From positions 27,172 to 91,171 of the forward strand of contig JADGPR010000001.1 in NCBI GenBank assembly GCA_017882335.1: DNA of 64,000 bases, in the 5' to 3' direction. The notes under the pieces are model-generated. The model searched no databases and was not told the origin of the DNA. It worked only from the letters and a program-made list of their open reading frames with translations. Each line of letters opens with the position of its first letter. Positions within the stretch are counted from its first letter, which is position 1. The position numbers and the translations under genes are program-made. The stretch is from Bacteroidales bacterium (GTDB lineage: Bacteria > Bacteroidota > Bacteroidia > Bacteroidales > FEN-979). Of this stretch, positions 55,330-64,000 are shown piece by piece.

Positions 55330-57030
55330 TTATTTAACTTTTTCCGCTTTTGACCATGAATCTTTCAAAGGAACGACCCGGTTAAAAACAAGGTTTTGCG
55401 GGGTTGAATCCTTATCTACACAAAAATAACCGATCCGTTCAAACTGATACTTATCTGATATCCGGGCGTTTTTAACCGAAGGCTCAATCATTGCGGTGAT
55501 GACCTTCAGTGAATCGGGGTTCAGATAATCTTTATAGGTTTTTCCTTCTTCAATATCCTCGGGGTTTTCTTTGGTAAACAGCCTGTCGTACAACCTAATT
55601 TCGGCTGTAACAGCCTGTTTTTCAGACACCCAGTGCAGGGTTCCTTTCACTTTCCGGTTACTGTCTGGCATACCGCTTTTGGTTTGCGGGTCATACGTAC
55701 AATGTATCTCTGCGATTTCATCCGTTTTAGGGTCCTTCACAACACTTTCGCACCGGATGATGTACGCAGCCTTCAAACGTACCTCACGACCCGGAGCGAG
55801 CCGGAAAAACTTATTGGGGGGATCCTCCATAAAATCGTCCCGTTCAATGAAGATGGTTTTTGAAAAAGGAACTTTTCGTTTTCCTTTCGATTCATCTTCA
55901 GGGTTGTTAACGGATTCCAATTCTTCGATCTGATCGTCAGGATAATTATCGAGAATTACTTTGACCGGGTTCAGGACGGCCATGATGCGGTTGGATTTTT
56001 TGTTGAGGTCTTCGCGGATACAAAATTCGAGCAGGTTGACGTCAATGACATTGTCACGTTTGGCAACCCCGATGGTATCTGCAAAGTTGCGTATCGACCC
56101 GGGGGTAAACCCACGCCGGCGTAAACCACAAATAGTCGGCATTCGCGGGTCGTCCCAACCATTAACGTATCCCTCTTGTACCAATTCCAATAATTTTCGC
56201 TTGCTCATCACAGTATAGGTAACATTGAGTCGCGCAAATTCAATTTGTCTTGGGGCATAGATACCAATTTCCCGGATGAACCAGTCATAGAGTGGCCGGT
56301 GTACTTCAAATTCGAGGGTACAGATAGAATGCGTGATCCGTTCAATGGAATCAGATTGCCCGTGCGCAAAATCATACATCGGGTAGATGCACCATTTATC
56401 GCCGGTGCGGTGATGTGTTGCATGGAGAATGCGATAGATCACCGGGTCGCGCATTTGCATATTGGGCGATGCCATGTCGATCTTTGCCCTCAGCACTCTT
56501 GATCCGTCGGGAAATTCTCCTGCCCGCATCCTGTTAAAAAGATCAAAATTCTCTTCCTCGGAACGAGTACGGGACTGGCTTTCTTTCCCAGGACGTGAAG
56601 GCGTACCTCGGGTTTCACTGATCTCTTCCGCACTCATATCACAAACATAGGCTTTCCCCTTCCGGATCAGGATGATGGCGTATTCATAGAGTTGCTCAAA
56701 ATAATCGGAAGCATAGAAAAGTCGGTCTTCCCAATCAAACCCAAGCCATCTCACATCTTCCATAATGGAGTCGACATATTCGACATCTTCCTTTACAGGA
56801 TTGGTATCGTCGAACCGCAGATTGGTTTTCCCATTGTATTTTTTTCCAAGTCCGAAATTCAGGCAGATGGATTTGGCGTGCCCGATATGCAAATAGCCAT
56901 TCGGCTCAGGGGGAAAACGCGTATGAACCCTGCCCTCGTTGACATTGTTTCGCAGGTCCTCTTCAATAATTTCTTCAATGAAATTCAGTGACCGTTCGGT
57001 TTTTTCCTCCGGTATTTTTTTTTCTTCCAT
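55330..57030 (-). CDS. glnS: Glutamine--tRNA ligase
   Basis: Contains [17 protein letters not shown] (HIGH) and VMSKRK (KMSKS). The 566-aa product has a GlnRS-type C-terminal anticodon-binding domain. Confidence 0.9.
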   Translation of the reverse strand: MEEKKIPEEKTERSLNFIEEIIEEDLRNNVNEGRVHTRFPPEPNGYLHIGHAKSICLNFGLGKKYNGKTNLRFDDTNPVKEDVEYVDSIMEDVRWLGFDWEDRLFYASDYFEQLYEYAIILIRKGKAYVCDMSAEEISETRGTPSRPGKESQSRTRSEEENFDLFNRMRAGEFPDGSRVLRAKIDMASPNMQMRDPVIYRILHATHHRTGDKWCIYPMYDFAHGQSDSIERITHSICTLEFEVHRPLYDWFIREIGIYAPRQIEFARLNVTYTVMSKRKLLELVQEGYVNGWDDPRMPTICGLRRRGFTPGSIRNFADTIGVAKRDNVIDVNLLEFCIREDLNKKSNRIMAVLNPVKVILDNYPDDQIEELESVNNPEDESKGKRKVPFSKTIFIERDDFMEDPPNKFFRLAPGREVRLKAAYIIRCESVVKDPKTDEIAEIHCTYDPQTKSGMPDSNRKVKGTLHWVSEKQAVTAEIRLYDRLFTKENPEDIEEGKTYKDYLNPDSLKVITAMIEPSVKNARISDKYQFERIGYFCVDKDSTPQNLVFNRVVPLKDSWSKAEKVK

Positions 57031-57212
57031 TTTTATTAAAATATCCTTTCAAAACGATTAAATCGGTACTTTATCATCCTGCTAGTAAATATCTCCAATG
57101 TAATGGCAACAAGAAAAGAATCGGCACCGTTGCAAACTTACTGAAAATTACACAACCCAAGAACGGGGTTCGCCGGAAATTGATAATTTCGCTTCTTAAA
57201 AAACCATAGGTC

Positions 57213-57563
57213 ATGGGAAAGATTCTTTTGGAAGGCATGGAATTTTTTGCTTACCACGGTCACTACAAGGAAGAGCAGATCATCGGCACAAAATTTATCG
57301 TTGACATTGAGATGCAGTTTGAAACAGAACAAGCAGAACATTCTGACCACTTGAGCGATACGATCAATTACCAGGAAGTTTACCAGGTTGTAAAAAAGGA
57401 GATGGAGATCAACGCCCATCTGTTGGAGAGCGTAGCGCGGCGGATCCTGGATGTAGTGATGCGATCGTTCCCGAAGGTAAAATCCATGCAGGTAAAAATA
57501 TCAAAAGTCAATCCGCCATTAGGTGGAAAGGTGAAACAGGTCAGCTGTATTTTGGCAAACTGA
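57213..57563 (+). CDS. folB: Dihydroneopterin aldolase
   Basis: 116 aa. The pattern GMEFFAYHGHYKEEQIIGTKFIVDI...INYQEVY is the FolB pattern. Confidence 0.85.
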   Translation: MGKILLEGMEFFAYHGHYKEEQIIGTKFIVDIEMQFETEQAEHSDHLSDTINYQEVYQVVKKEMEINAHLLESVARRILDVVMRSFPKVKSMQVKISKVNPPLGGKVKQVSCILAN

Positions 57564-57594
57564 TTTTTTTCCTACCTTTGCAGCCCCTTTAAAC

Positions 57595-57665
57595 GGTATC
57601 GTGGCCGAGTGGTCAGGCAGAGGTCTGCAAAACCTCGTACAGCGGTTCGACTCCGCTCGATACCT
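57595..57665 (+). tRNA. tRNA-Cys (anticodon GCA)
   Basis: Acceptor stem GGTATCG/CGATACC. Anticodon stem GAGGT/ACCTC with loop CTGCAAA. T-arm AGCGG-TTCGACT-CCGCT. Confidence 0.85.
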
Positions 57666-57668
57666 CCC

Positions 57669-57699
57669 AACCCGTTTCATTATCGTGAACGGGTTTTTT
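57669..57699 (+). terminator. Intrinsic terminator after tRNA-Cys
   Basis: aacccgtt (57669-57676) pairs with aacgggtt (57688-57695), followed by a T-tract. Confidence 0.6.
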
Positions 57700-57728
57700 A
57701 TTTCAATAATTCAGGCTCTGATTTTTTG

Positions 57729-59636
57729 TTAATGCGGTTTGATAAAAACCACGTTCTCCCTGTCTGCTTTTACTATTTTCTTACAAAATCCGATCAGTTC
57801 AGGATAAGAAGCGGCAGGATAGCTGCCTTTGAACGTTGTATAATTGCGGATATAGATCAATTTGTCACCTTCATGCAGGGTTTTTACCGAATAGACTCCA
57901 AAAATTGATTTTATGGAAATACTGTCAGGTGTTCTTTCCGCCGTCAGACTGGCCGGAATTGTATAAATTATTGTATCAATGTCCTGATCATCATGCCGAA
58001 AGCGGATTTCCGTATGCCTGTTCTCCAGTTTTTCAGGGATATAGGTTTCTTTATCCAGGAGATTTACCGGTATAAAGACTCGGCCACCCGTTAATGAAGC
58101 ATACCTGGGAATGAAAAGTGTCAGGTCTTCCCTTGCCCGGGGAATTCGTTCACTGGCTGATTTAAAGGAGATACTCCTGATCACAAAATCCGGTAGATTC
58201 AATGTTGCGCTTAGCTTTCTCTTCTGTTCATCCAGAGGTTTGTCAATCAAATCGCTGATTTCTTCATATTTCAATCCAATATAATTTGTTTTTATGGTCG
58301 CAATCGCATTGAAAGATGAATCAAAATTCACAACTGCTGTTCGGGTACGACGGTTTTCATCAATCGTATAACGCGGCGTAGAAATAAGCCGGCTGCCAGA
58401 GGAATCCATAACCAGGACATGCCTGTCATCTGTAAATGTTCCAAGAAATCCAAACGGATTATCCTGGCTGGTGCATTCAAGCCAGATAGTATCATTGTTG
58501 CAGGGAACACAAAGAAAAGCATGATTAAACTGCCTGCCGGGAAAATCATCCTGTATTTGACCAGCATACTTTCCGGCATTTACCAATGTATAATATGATT
58601 CGATACCAGCTGCTTTCAATAAGGCCTTGGTATAAATTGTCAGCGCTTTACAATCACCGTAACTGTATTTATCCACGAATGAAGCCGGGAAAGGCTGCCA
58701 TCCACCTATATCAACTTTAATGCTGATATACCGTGTCTTTGCTTGCAGATAACGGTAGATGATCCTGATTTTTTCCTTCTTATCCGTGATATTTTTCATC
58801 ATTGATTGAATTTTTTCCTTTGTTTCCCGTCCGACCTCATCACGATCCTTATTCAGATAGAGTTGCCACTTGCCCAGATCCTGCCAGGTAAGAAAATCAT
58901 TATCATAATCCTTATAAGAAACCCTGGAAGGTGCTGTTAAAACCTCAGGGACGATTTCATCGTATCCGGGTGAAAAAGGTTCATCGATGAGGGCAAGAAT
59001 ATTACTGATCGTCCATGCATAGGTATTCACTTTATCCTTTTTCGTAATTACAGCAGGCTGTGGCATGTTCCTTTCTTTATACCTGAACGTCAGATCTGCC
59101 GGACAATTTATGGTAAAATGACTTTGTTCAACAGATATATTTGCTCCTCTTTGTGGCTGCCAGACAGGATAGGAAGGACGGTCCGTAAACTCTATTTCAT
59201 ATTCATACTCAACGGTGATCGGATATCCGGAAGGAATATAAGACACGGTTTTGCAGCGGTCATCTTCATACAAACTGAAATCCGAAATCATGCTGCGGTC
59301 GGTAATATCCGAGTTTGATAACTTCCGAATTAATTGTCCTGTTTTGTTATAAAAACATCCCTTTATCCTGTTAACCCTGGAAGATTTATCATATGAGACA
59401 ATAAGACCGGCTGCACCTTTTTCTTTTTCATTGAAGATTGTGATCACCCTGTGTACAGTTAAGACTGCCCTGGAATATGATTTGATATCAAACCGGGTTT
59501 CATTAAGCCGGATCACCACATCAGCATGCACCAGTAATTCCTGTTTGATTGAAGATACCGGATAGCCAATATTATCTGCTGATGACAGATTTACAAGTAA
59601 GAGGCAAATTGACAGGCATAATAGTTGACTAATCAT
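57729..59636 (-). CDS. Secreted DUF3857-type protein with a transglutaminase-like Cys-protease core
   Basis: Signal peptide MISQLLCLSICLLLVNLSSA. The core motifs are YGDCKALTIYTKALLKAAGI (nucleophile Cys) and FNHAFLCV (His). Confidence 0.7.
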   Translation of the reverse strand: MISQLLCLSICLLLVNLSSADNIGYPVSSIKQELLVHADVVIRLNETRFDIKSYSRAVLTVHRVITIFNEKEKGAAGLIVSYDKSSRVNRIKGCFYNKTGQLIRKLSNSDITDRSMISDFSLYEDDRCKTVSYIPSGYPITVEYEYEIEFTDRPSYPVWQPQRGANISVEQSHFTINCPADLTFRYKERNMPQPAVITKKDKVNTYAWTISNILALIDEPFSPGYDEIVPEVLTAPSRVSYKDYDNDFLTWQDLGKWQLYLNKDRDEVGRETKEKIQSMMKNITDKKEKIRIIYRYLQAKTRYISIKVDIGGWQPFPASFVDKYSYGDCKALTIYTKALLKAAGIESYYTLVNAGKYAGQIQDDFPGRQFNHAFLCVPCNNDTIWLECTSQDNPFGFLGTFTDDRHVLVMDSSGSRLISTPRYTIDENRRTRTAVVNFDSSFNAIATIKTNYIGLKYEEISDLIDKPLDEQKRKLSATLNLPDFVIRSISFKSASERIPRAREDLTLFIPRYASLTGGRVFIPVNLLDKETYIPEKLENRHTEIRFRHDDQDIDTIIYTIPASLTAERTPDSISIKSIFGVYSVKTLHEGDKLIYIRNYTTFKGSYPAASYPELIGFCKKIVKADRENVVFIKPH

Positions 59637-59661
59637 TTCCTATTTCAGCTTTTTTAAATCT

Positions 59662-61710
59662 TTAACCGTTCTTTTTTAACACAATTTTTTCCGCATGTTT
59701 GGCGATGACATTATTGAAAAATTCTTTCAAGGCAGCATAATCATTCGGTGCAAAAAAAGTTTTATTGATGGTTAGTCTGCTGAGAATGATAATTTTATTG
59801 TTCTCGGTTGACGCTGAAAACCGGAAATTTCCTCCCTTTTCCGGTAACGAGATATTTACATTCCTGGGTAACGATTCAACACTGTATCCATCCGGGATCT
59901 GGTAGGTAAAATTGTAAGTGTCTTTTATCGGGATACCAAGGTCAACAGGGTATTCGCGTTTTTCCAGTTTGAACGGATTCTCCTTGTCGCCCATATTGAG
60001 CAAAACATTAATGTAGATCATACCTGAAGATTCCTGGGCAATTTCCGATGAATGCAGGGAGTATCTTTCTTTATAGATATTGTTTACCGTATCCATTGAT
60101 TCAAAAGACACTTCATCGATCTCCCAGCCTTTCCATTTCTTTTTCCGTTCGTTCAGGAAATTTTCTTTCCCTTCCTTCTTAAAACTGTTTTTAACTTCCG
60201 TTGCAGCATTGTCGGTTCCGGAATTTTCAATTGTGCCTGTGATTTCTCCATTTTCAGAGATTTTCATTTGGGCAACCTGAAGTGTATTATATTTTTCTTT
60301 CCGCAGAAGATCGATCCATTGCGGATCGCTTTTGCTTATCAATCTTCCCTGGCCATTCATGCAGCGCAAAGGCAAGTTATCAAAAGACATCATGGGTTCG
60401 GTGGCATCCAGAAGGTATTGCGTGGTGTCTTTTTTGACCCGGCATATCACATAATTTAAATTGCTAATTGATGGATGGGACGGATGCAATATTCCATTAT
60501 CACGTGTACTCAAAACAACCGGGTCTGCTTCAAATCCAAGCTCTTTTAACAACAAGATCAAAAGAAGATTGGCATCAGCGGAGTTCCCGGATCCTTTATT
60601 CAGAACTTTTCGAAGGTTGTCCGTCACATAAATTGATGTTCTGCCATTCCATTTCACCACATTTTTTACATAATCGTAAGCCATCCGCATTTTTTCTTCC
60701 GGCGTACGGGCCACATTATTAATGATCTTCACTTCATCCTCAACCAAACTGCTTTTCCCCAATTGGACGCCAAAATCCTTGTCTTTCAAAAGGTCTTCCG
60801 TTATTTTTTCCCATGTCGCGGTAATATTTTGCACAGGTTCTCTGGGAATCTCTATGGAAGCCAGTTCAAATTCAATGCTTTCGATAAAGTTATCGGAGGT
60901 TGTCATAAAGGGTTCCTCAATAAAAGCAGGAATGTCTTTACATGCCCAATGGAAGGTCATATTCTGAAAGTTAACATTTTCCGTATAGAATGATGAAGAC
61001 GCAACATACTTGTTACTATTCTCCTCTTTAAACTTCAAGGTAACCGAAGTCAGTTCAACCTTGTCTTCGTTTATTACAAAAGGCACGAACCCCCGGGCAA
61101 ACCGGTTGTAAACATAATACTCGGGAATGGATACCCGATACTCACTCCAGCAGGTCGGAATCCCACTTTGAAATCGCCATGATTGAAGGTTAAAGTAAAA
61201 ATCGGAAAGGGTTGTATAAGAAATCTCGAAAACAGAACCCTCGCGGATGTTCGGAAGGGCAAATTTTGTAACAAGGTGGTTTTTATCCTTTTCTTCTTCA
61301 TAAATGGATTTATCGGCCAGTTTATCTTCCACAATTTTGCCATCTACCAGATTGTATGTTCTTCCCTTTAACGCTATCAACTTTTCACGTTTATCATTAT
61401 CTTTATAAAGAGGAATCGAGAAATCAGCATAGTTATATCCGTTTTTCTTGAAGATCTTTATTCGCAGATGACGCGTGAATTCCATCCGGAAACCTTCACC
61501 TTGAATATAATTGAAAGAAGTTTGGCCTTTGTCGAACAAAACCAGGGCAGCAGCCCCGGAATCTCGCTCATATTTATTCATTTTCAGCTCATCGATTGAG
61601 ACTTTCCCAAATTTCATCACTTGTTGCTGTGAAAACCCGTTCATTTGGCCTCCGATGAAAAGAAGGAAGCAGATATACCTGAAAAGAGTCAATGGTGTTT
61701 TCATGAACAT
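59662..61710 (-). CDS. Secreted DUF3857/DUF3858-type paralog with a degenerate transglutaminase-like core
   Basis: Signal peptide MFMKTPLTLFRYICFLLFIGGQMNGFSQ. The equivalent core reads GSGNSADANLLLILLLKELGF and LNYVICRV, i.e. Cys to Ser and His to Tyr. The start may be 61710 or 61704. Confidence 0.65.
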   Translation of the reverse strand: MFMKTPLTLFRYICFLLFIGGQMNGFSQQQVMKFGKVSIDELKMNKYERDSGAAALVLFDKGQTSFNYIQGEGFRMEFTRHLRIKIFKKNGYNYADFSIPLYKDNDKREKLIALKGRTYNLVDGKIVEDKLADKSIYEEEKDKNHLVTKFALPNIREGSVFEISYTTLSDFYFNLQSWRFQSGIPTCWSEYRVSIPEYYVYNRFARGFVPFVINEDKVELTSVTLKFKEENSNKYVASSSFYTENVNFQNMTFHWACKDIPAFIEEPFMTTSDNFIESIEFELASIEIPREPVQNITATWEKITEDLLKDKDFGVQLGKSSLVEDEVKIINNVARTPEEKMRMAYDYVKNVVKWNGRTSIYVTDNLRKVLNKGSGNSADANLLLILLLKELGFEADPVVLSTRDNGILHPSHPSISNLNYVICRVKKDTTQYLLDATEPMMSFDNLPLRCMNGQGRLISKSDPQWIDLLRKEKYNTLQVAQMKISENGEITGTIENSGTDNAATEVKNSFKKEGKENFLNERKKKWKGWEIDEVSFESMDTVNNIYKERYSLHSSEIAQESSGMIYINVLLNMGDKENPFKLEKREYPVDLGIPIKDTYNFTYQIPDGYSVESLPRNVNISLPEKGGNFRFSASTENNKIIILSRLTINKTFFAPNDYAALKEFFNNVIAKHAEKIVLKKNG

Positions 61711-62040
61711 TGAATTATGTTGTCCACTTCTAATCAAACCAATATTTGAAGGTGTTGATTGATATTTCACAGGCATACATTCCTTAGCAATTTCATCGGC
61801 GAATCAGATTTTTGCTTCGCCTTCATTGGCCTGGTATTAAGATCTATAACTAAAACCCTATTTGTTAAACTTTGAATATCAGGTTAGACTAAGTAACTGC
61901 GTCAATAGCATTCAGCAATATTACCTAACTTTTTCATTTCTTTTCCTCAAAACTATAAATAGTAATTAACAAACCCAGGATTTGGGGGATTGATATTTGC
62001 AAACTTCATTTTTTGATTTGATAACAGTTTATCTCTTTGC

Positions 62041-62048
62041 TATCTTTG
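62041..62048 (+). promoter_or_regulatory. Bacteroidota-type -7 element TATCTTTG upstream of nfo
   Basis: Matches TAnnTTTG and lies 15 nt before the ATG at 62064. Confidence 0.35.
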
Positions 62049-62063
62049 AAGAAAAATAAGCTT

Positions 62064-62906
62064 ATGAAATACGTCGGAGCCCATGTCAGCGCCTCGGGTG
62101 GTGTTGAAAATGCACCTGTCAATGCAAACGCAATCGGCGCAAAAGCGTTTGCCCTTTTCACGAAGAACCAGCGGCAGTGGGTAGCAGGACCGCTGACAGA
62201 GGATAATATCAGCCTGTTTAAAGCGAATTGTGCGAAGTACGGTTATTTACCGAAGTATATACTTCCCCACGACAGCTACCTGATCAACCTGGGAAACCCG
62301 GAAAAAGAGATGCTGGCGAAATCCAGGAAATCTTTTCTTGACGAGATGATACGATGTGAATTGCTCGGATTAAAAATGCTCAATTTCCATCCCGGGGCGC
62401 ATATGAACCTACATTCATTAGAGGACTGCCAGAAGCTGATCGCCGAATCCATAAACCTTACGCTGGATAAGACCAAAGGGGTTACTGCAGTCATTGAAAA
62501 CACGGCCGGCCAGGGTAGCGCCGTCGGGCACCGGTTTGAGCATCTTGGTGCCATTATCAGGCTGGTGCAGGATAAAAGCCGTGTGGGGGTTTGCCTCGAC
62601 ACCTGTCATACATATACAGCAGGCTACGACATCAAAACAGAAAAAGGATACGAGGCGACGCTGAAGGAGTTTGAAACCATTGTCGGGTTATCCCATCTGA
62701 AAGGGCTTCATCTGAACGATTCAAAAAAAGAACTGGGAACGCATGTCGACCGTCATGAAAGCCTGAAAAAAGGGGTAATGGGAGAAGGTGTTTTCCGCAG
62801 AATCATGAATGATCCCCGGTTCGACAATATGCCCCTTATCCTCGAAACGCCGGACGACTCTTTATGGGAAGAAGAGATAAGGTGGCTGTATAAGCTGGTG
62901 AGCTGA
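62064..62906 (+). CDS. nfo: Deoxyribonuclease IV (endonuclease IV)
   Basis: Contains [32 protein letters not shown] and HLNDSK. Confidence 0.9.
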   Translation: MKYVGAHVSASGGVENAPVNANAIGAKAFALFTKNQRQWVAGPLTEDNISLFKANCAKYGYLPKYILPHDSYLINLGNPEKEMLAKSRKSFLDEMIRCELLGLKMLNFHPGAHMNLHSLEDCQKLIAESINLTLDKTKGVTAVIENTAGQGSAVGHRFEHLGAIIRLVQDKSRVGVCLDTCHTYTAGYDIKTEKGYEATLKEFETIVGLSHLKGLHLNDSKKELGTHVDRHESLKKGVMGEGVFRRIMNDPRFDNMPLILETPDDSLWEEEIRWLYKLVS

Positions 62907-62942
62907 TGCGGTGTTGCGGTGTTGCCATGGTGCAGTGGTGAC

Positions 62943-63455
62943 TTATTTTTCTGTTGGGTATGACAGATATTCCGCAATAAATACGATTAGTAAGGTAAAG
63001 GCACTACTCAGCAGAACCCGGAGAAGGGTCTGGAAGAATTCAGTGAAACGGAAAATTTCCAGGTAGAAGAGTGCAAAATGATGAACCAACACCAGGATGA
63101 TCGAATAGTAGGCAAACCATTTTAAACCCTGGTTTTTCAAGGAGGGTGAATGGCCGACCATGAATTCGGTCCCGGTTGAAATGGCCGAGATCACAAAAGG
63201 CCTTACAAAAGCCATCAGCACGCAGGCGGAGGCATTCAAGCCAAACGTATTGGTAAATGCATCGAGCAAAATACCCAGCAGGAATGCCGATAGCAGCAGC
63301 AACCAGCGTGGAGTCTCGAAGGGAAGCAACAGGATAAAATAGATGTAAAAATAGGGATTGATATAGCCGCCGAACTGGATGTTATTCAGGATCAGGACCT
63401 GGAAGAGGATCAGGAATACAAAACGTCCGATATTTTTCAGAAAGATGATGGTCAT
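62943..63455 (-). CDS. mreD: Rod shape-determining protein MreD
   Basis: 170-aa polytopic membrane protein immediately downstream of mreC. Confidence 0.7.
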   Translation of the reverse strand: MTIIFLKNIGRFVFLILFQVLILNNIQFGGYINPYFYIYFILLLPFETPRWLLLLSAFLLGILLDAFTNTFGLNASACVLMAFVRPFVISAISTGTEFMVGHSPSLKNQGLKWFAYYSIILVLVHHFALFYLEIFRFTEFFQTLLRVLLSSAFTLLIVFIAEYLSYPTEK

Positions 63456-63473
63456 TATGAATTCCCCTTAGGT

Positions 63474-64000
63474 TTATCGTTCACTGCTTTTGAATGAGTT
63501 TTTCAGGTCCTCTTTTTCTTTTCGCATCATATCGATAAGCACTTCCACGAAGCTCAGACTATTGAAATCTGTGGCAAATCGGATGGTGGCATAATTAAAA
63601 TTTTCTTCCTGTGCGATGGTGAAATGATCGATGGTTCCAATCATCAATCCTTCCGGAAAAATATCAGAATTCCCGCTGGTTATGATGGTGTCTCCTTTGT
63701 GGATCACCACGTGTTTCGGAATTTCCTTTACCTCTCCAATCTGGTAATTTCCTCCACCCCATTCAATGTTGACCAGCTGGTTGTTCTTCTTGAACTTCCC
63801 GGAGATCCGGCTATCTTTATTCAGTAATGACATCACCCAGCAAAAATGATCAGATACGCTCACGACCTGGCCCACGATGCGATTGCCCATGATAACGCCC
63901 ATGTGATTTTCGATGCCCTGACGGTGGCCTTTATTGAGCATGAGAAAATTGTTTCGTTTGTTCGTTGAGTTATTGATTACCCTTGCACTGATGTATCTGT
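63474..64000 (-). CDS. mreC: Rod shape-determining protein MreC, C-terminal part. The 5' end lies beyond the right window edge.
   Basis: Contains GDTIITSGNSDIFPEGLMIGTI, which is MreC-like. The frame stays open from 63941 to the window end (…RYISARVINNSTNKRNNFLMLNKG…), so the ATG at 63941 is not the real start. Confidence 0.75.
   Translation of the reverse strand, partial: RYISARVINNSTNKRNNFLMLNKGHRQGIENHMGVIMGNRIVGQVVSVSDHFCWVMSLLNKDSRISGKFKKNNQLVNIEWGGGNYQIGEVKEIPKHVVIHKGDTIITSGNSDIFPEGLMIGTIDHFTIAQEENFNYATIRFATDFNSLSFVEVLIDMMRKEKEDLKNSFKSSER

Noticed and set aside
57595-61776. tRNA-Cys as an integration site for a genomic island carrying the DUF3857 pair.
   Set aside because: No integrase was seen, and I did not spot a repeat of the tRNA 3' end downstream. 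The flanking genes (folB, nfo) are ordinary.
1-64000. CRISPR arrays, rRNA genes, IS elements, prophage genes and toxin-antitoxin or known defence-system genes.
   Set aside because: I looked for regularly spaced repeats, transposase/integrase-like products and typical defence domains in all listed ORFs and gaps, and found none.

Overview
This is a densely coding chromosomal segment that looks like Bacteroidota. Supporting markers are a GldH-like gliding lipoprotein, a T9SS-type C-terminal domain, an S46 peptidase, LytS/LytTR pairs and TAnnTTTG -7 boxes. I call about 55 genes, including 2 tRNAs. I saw no CRISPR array, transposase, integrase or phage genes. Most of the window is housekeeping: rnr, asd, mnmG, ybeY, cysC, gltX, glnS, folB, nfo and mreCD. 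Two redox loci stand out. (1) At the left edge there is a co-directional Rrf2 (NsrR-like) - Fe-S protein - quinol-dependent NO reductase unit. The qNOR gene (1..1384, minus) is absent from the supplied ORF track because its frame runs off the window. (2) At 28.9-39.9 kb there is an FNR-type regulator with near-consensus FNR boxes (TTGAC-N4-ATCAA, inside a 19-bp identical block). One box lies upstream of the regulator itself and one upstream of a 10-gene, same-strand cluster. The cluster encodes a 5+1-heme lipoprotein, a small CX4CH lipoprotein, a small outer-membrane beta-barrel and a monoheme cytochrome c. It also encodes a doubly anchored heptaheme cytochrome, a diheme cytochrome b, a Tat-exported NrfC-like Fe-S protein, an NrfD-like membrane protein, an Ig-like membrane protein and an ImcH-like 3-TM heptaheme cytochrome. 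No catalytic (molybdopterin or other) subunit is present. I regard this as the best candidate for an undescribed anaerobic or extracytoplasmic electron-transfer system in the window. Its substrate cannot be read from the sequence. All family assignments come from motif recognition by eye; no database search was run.
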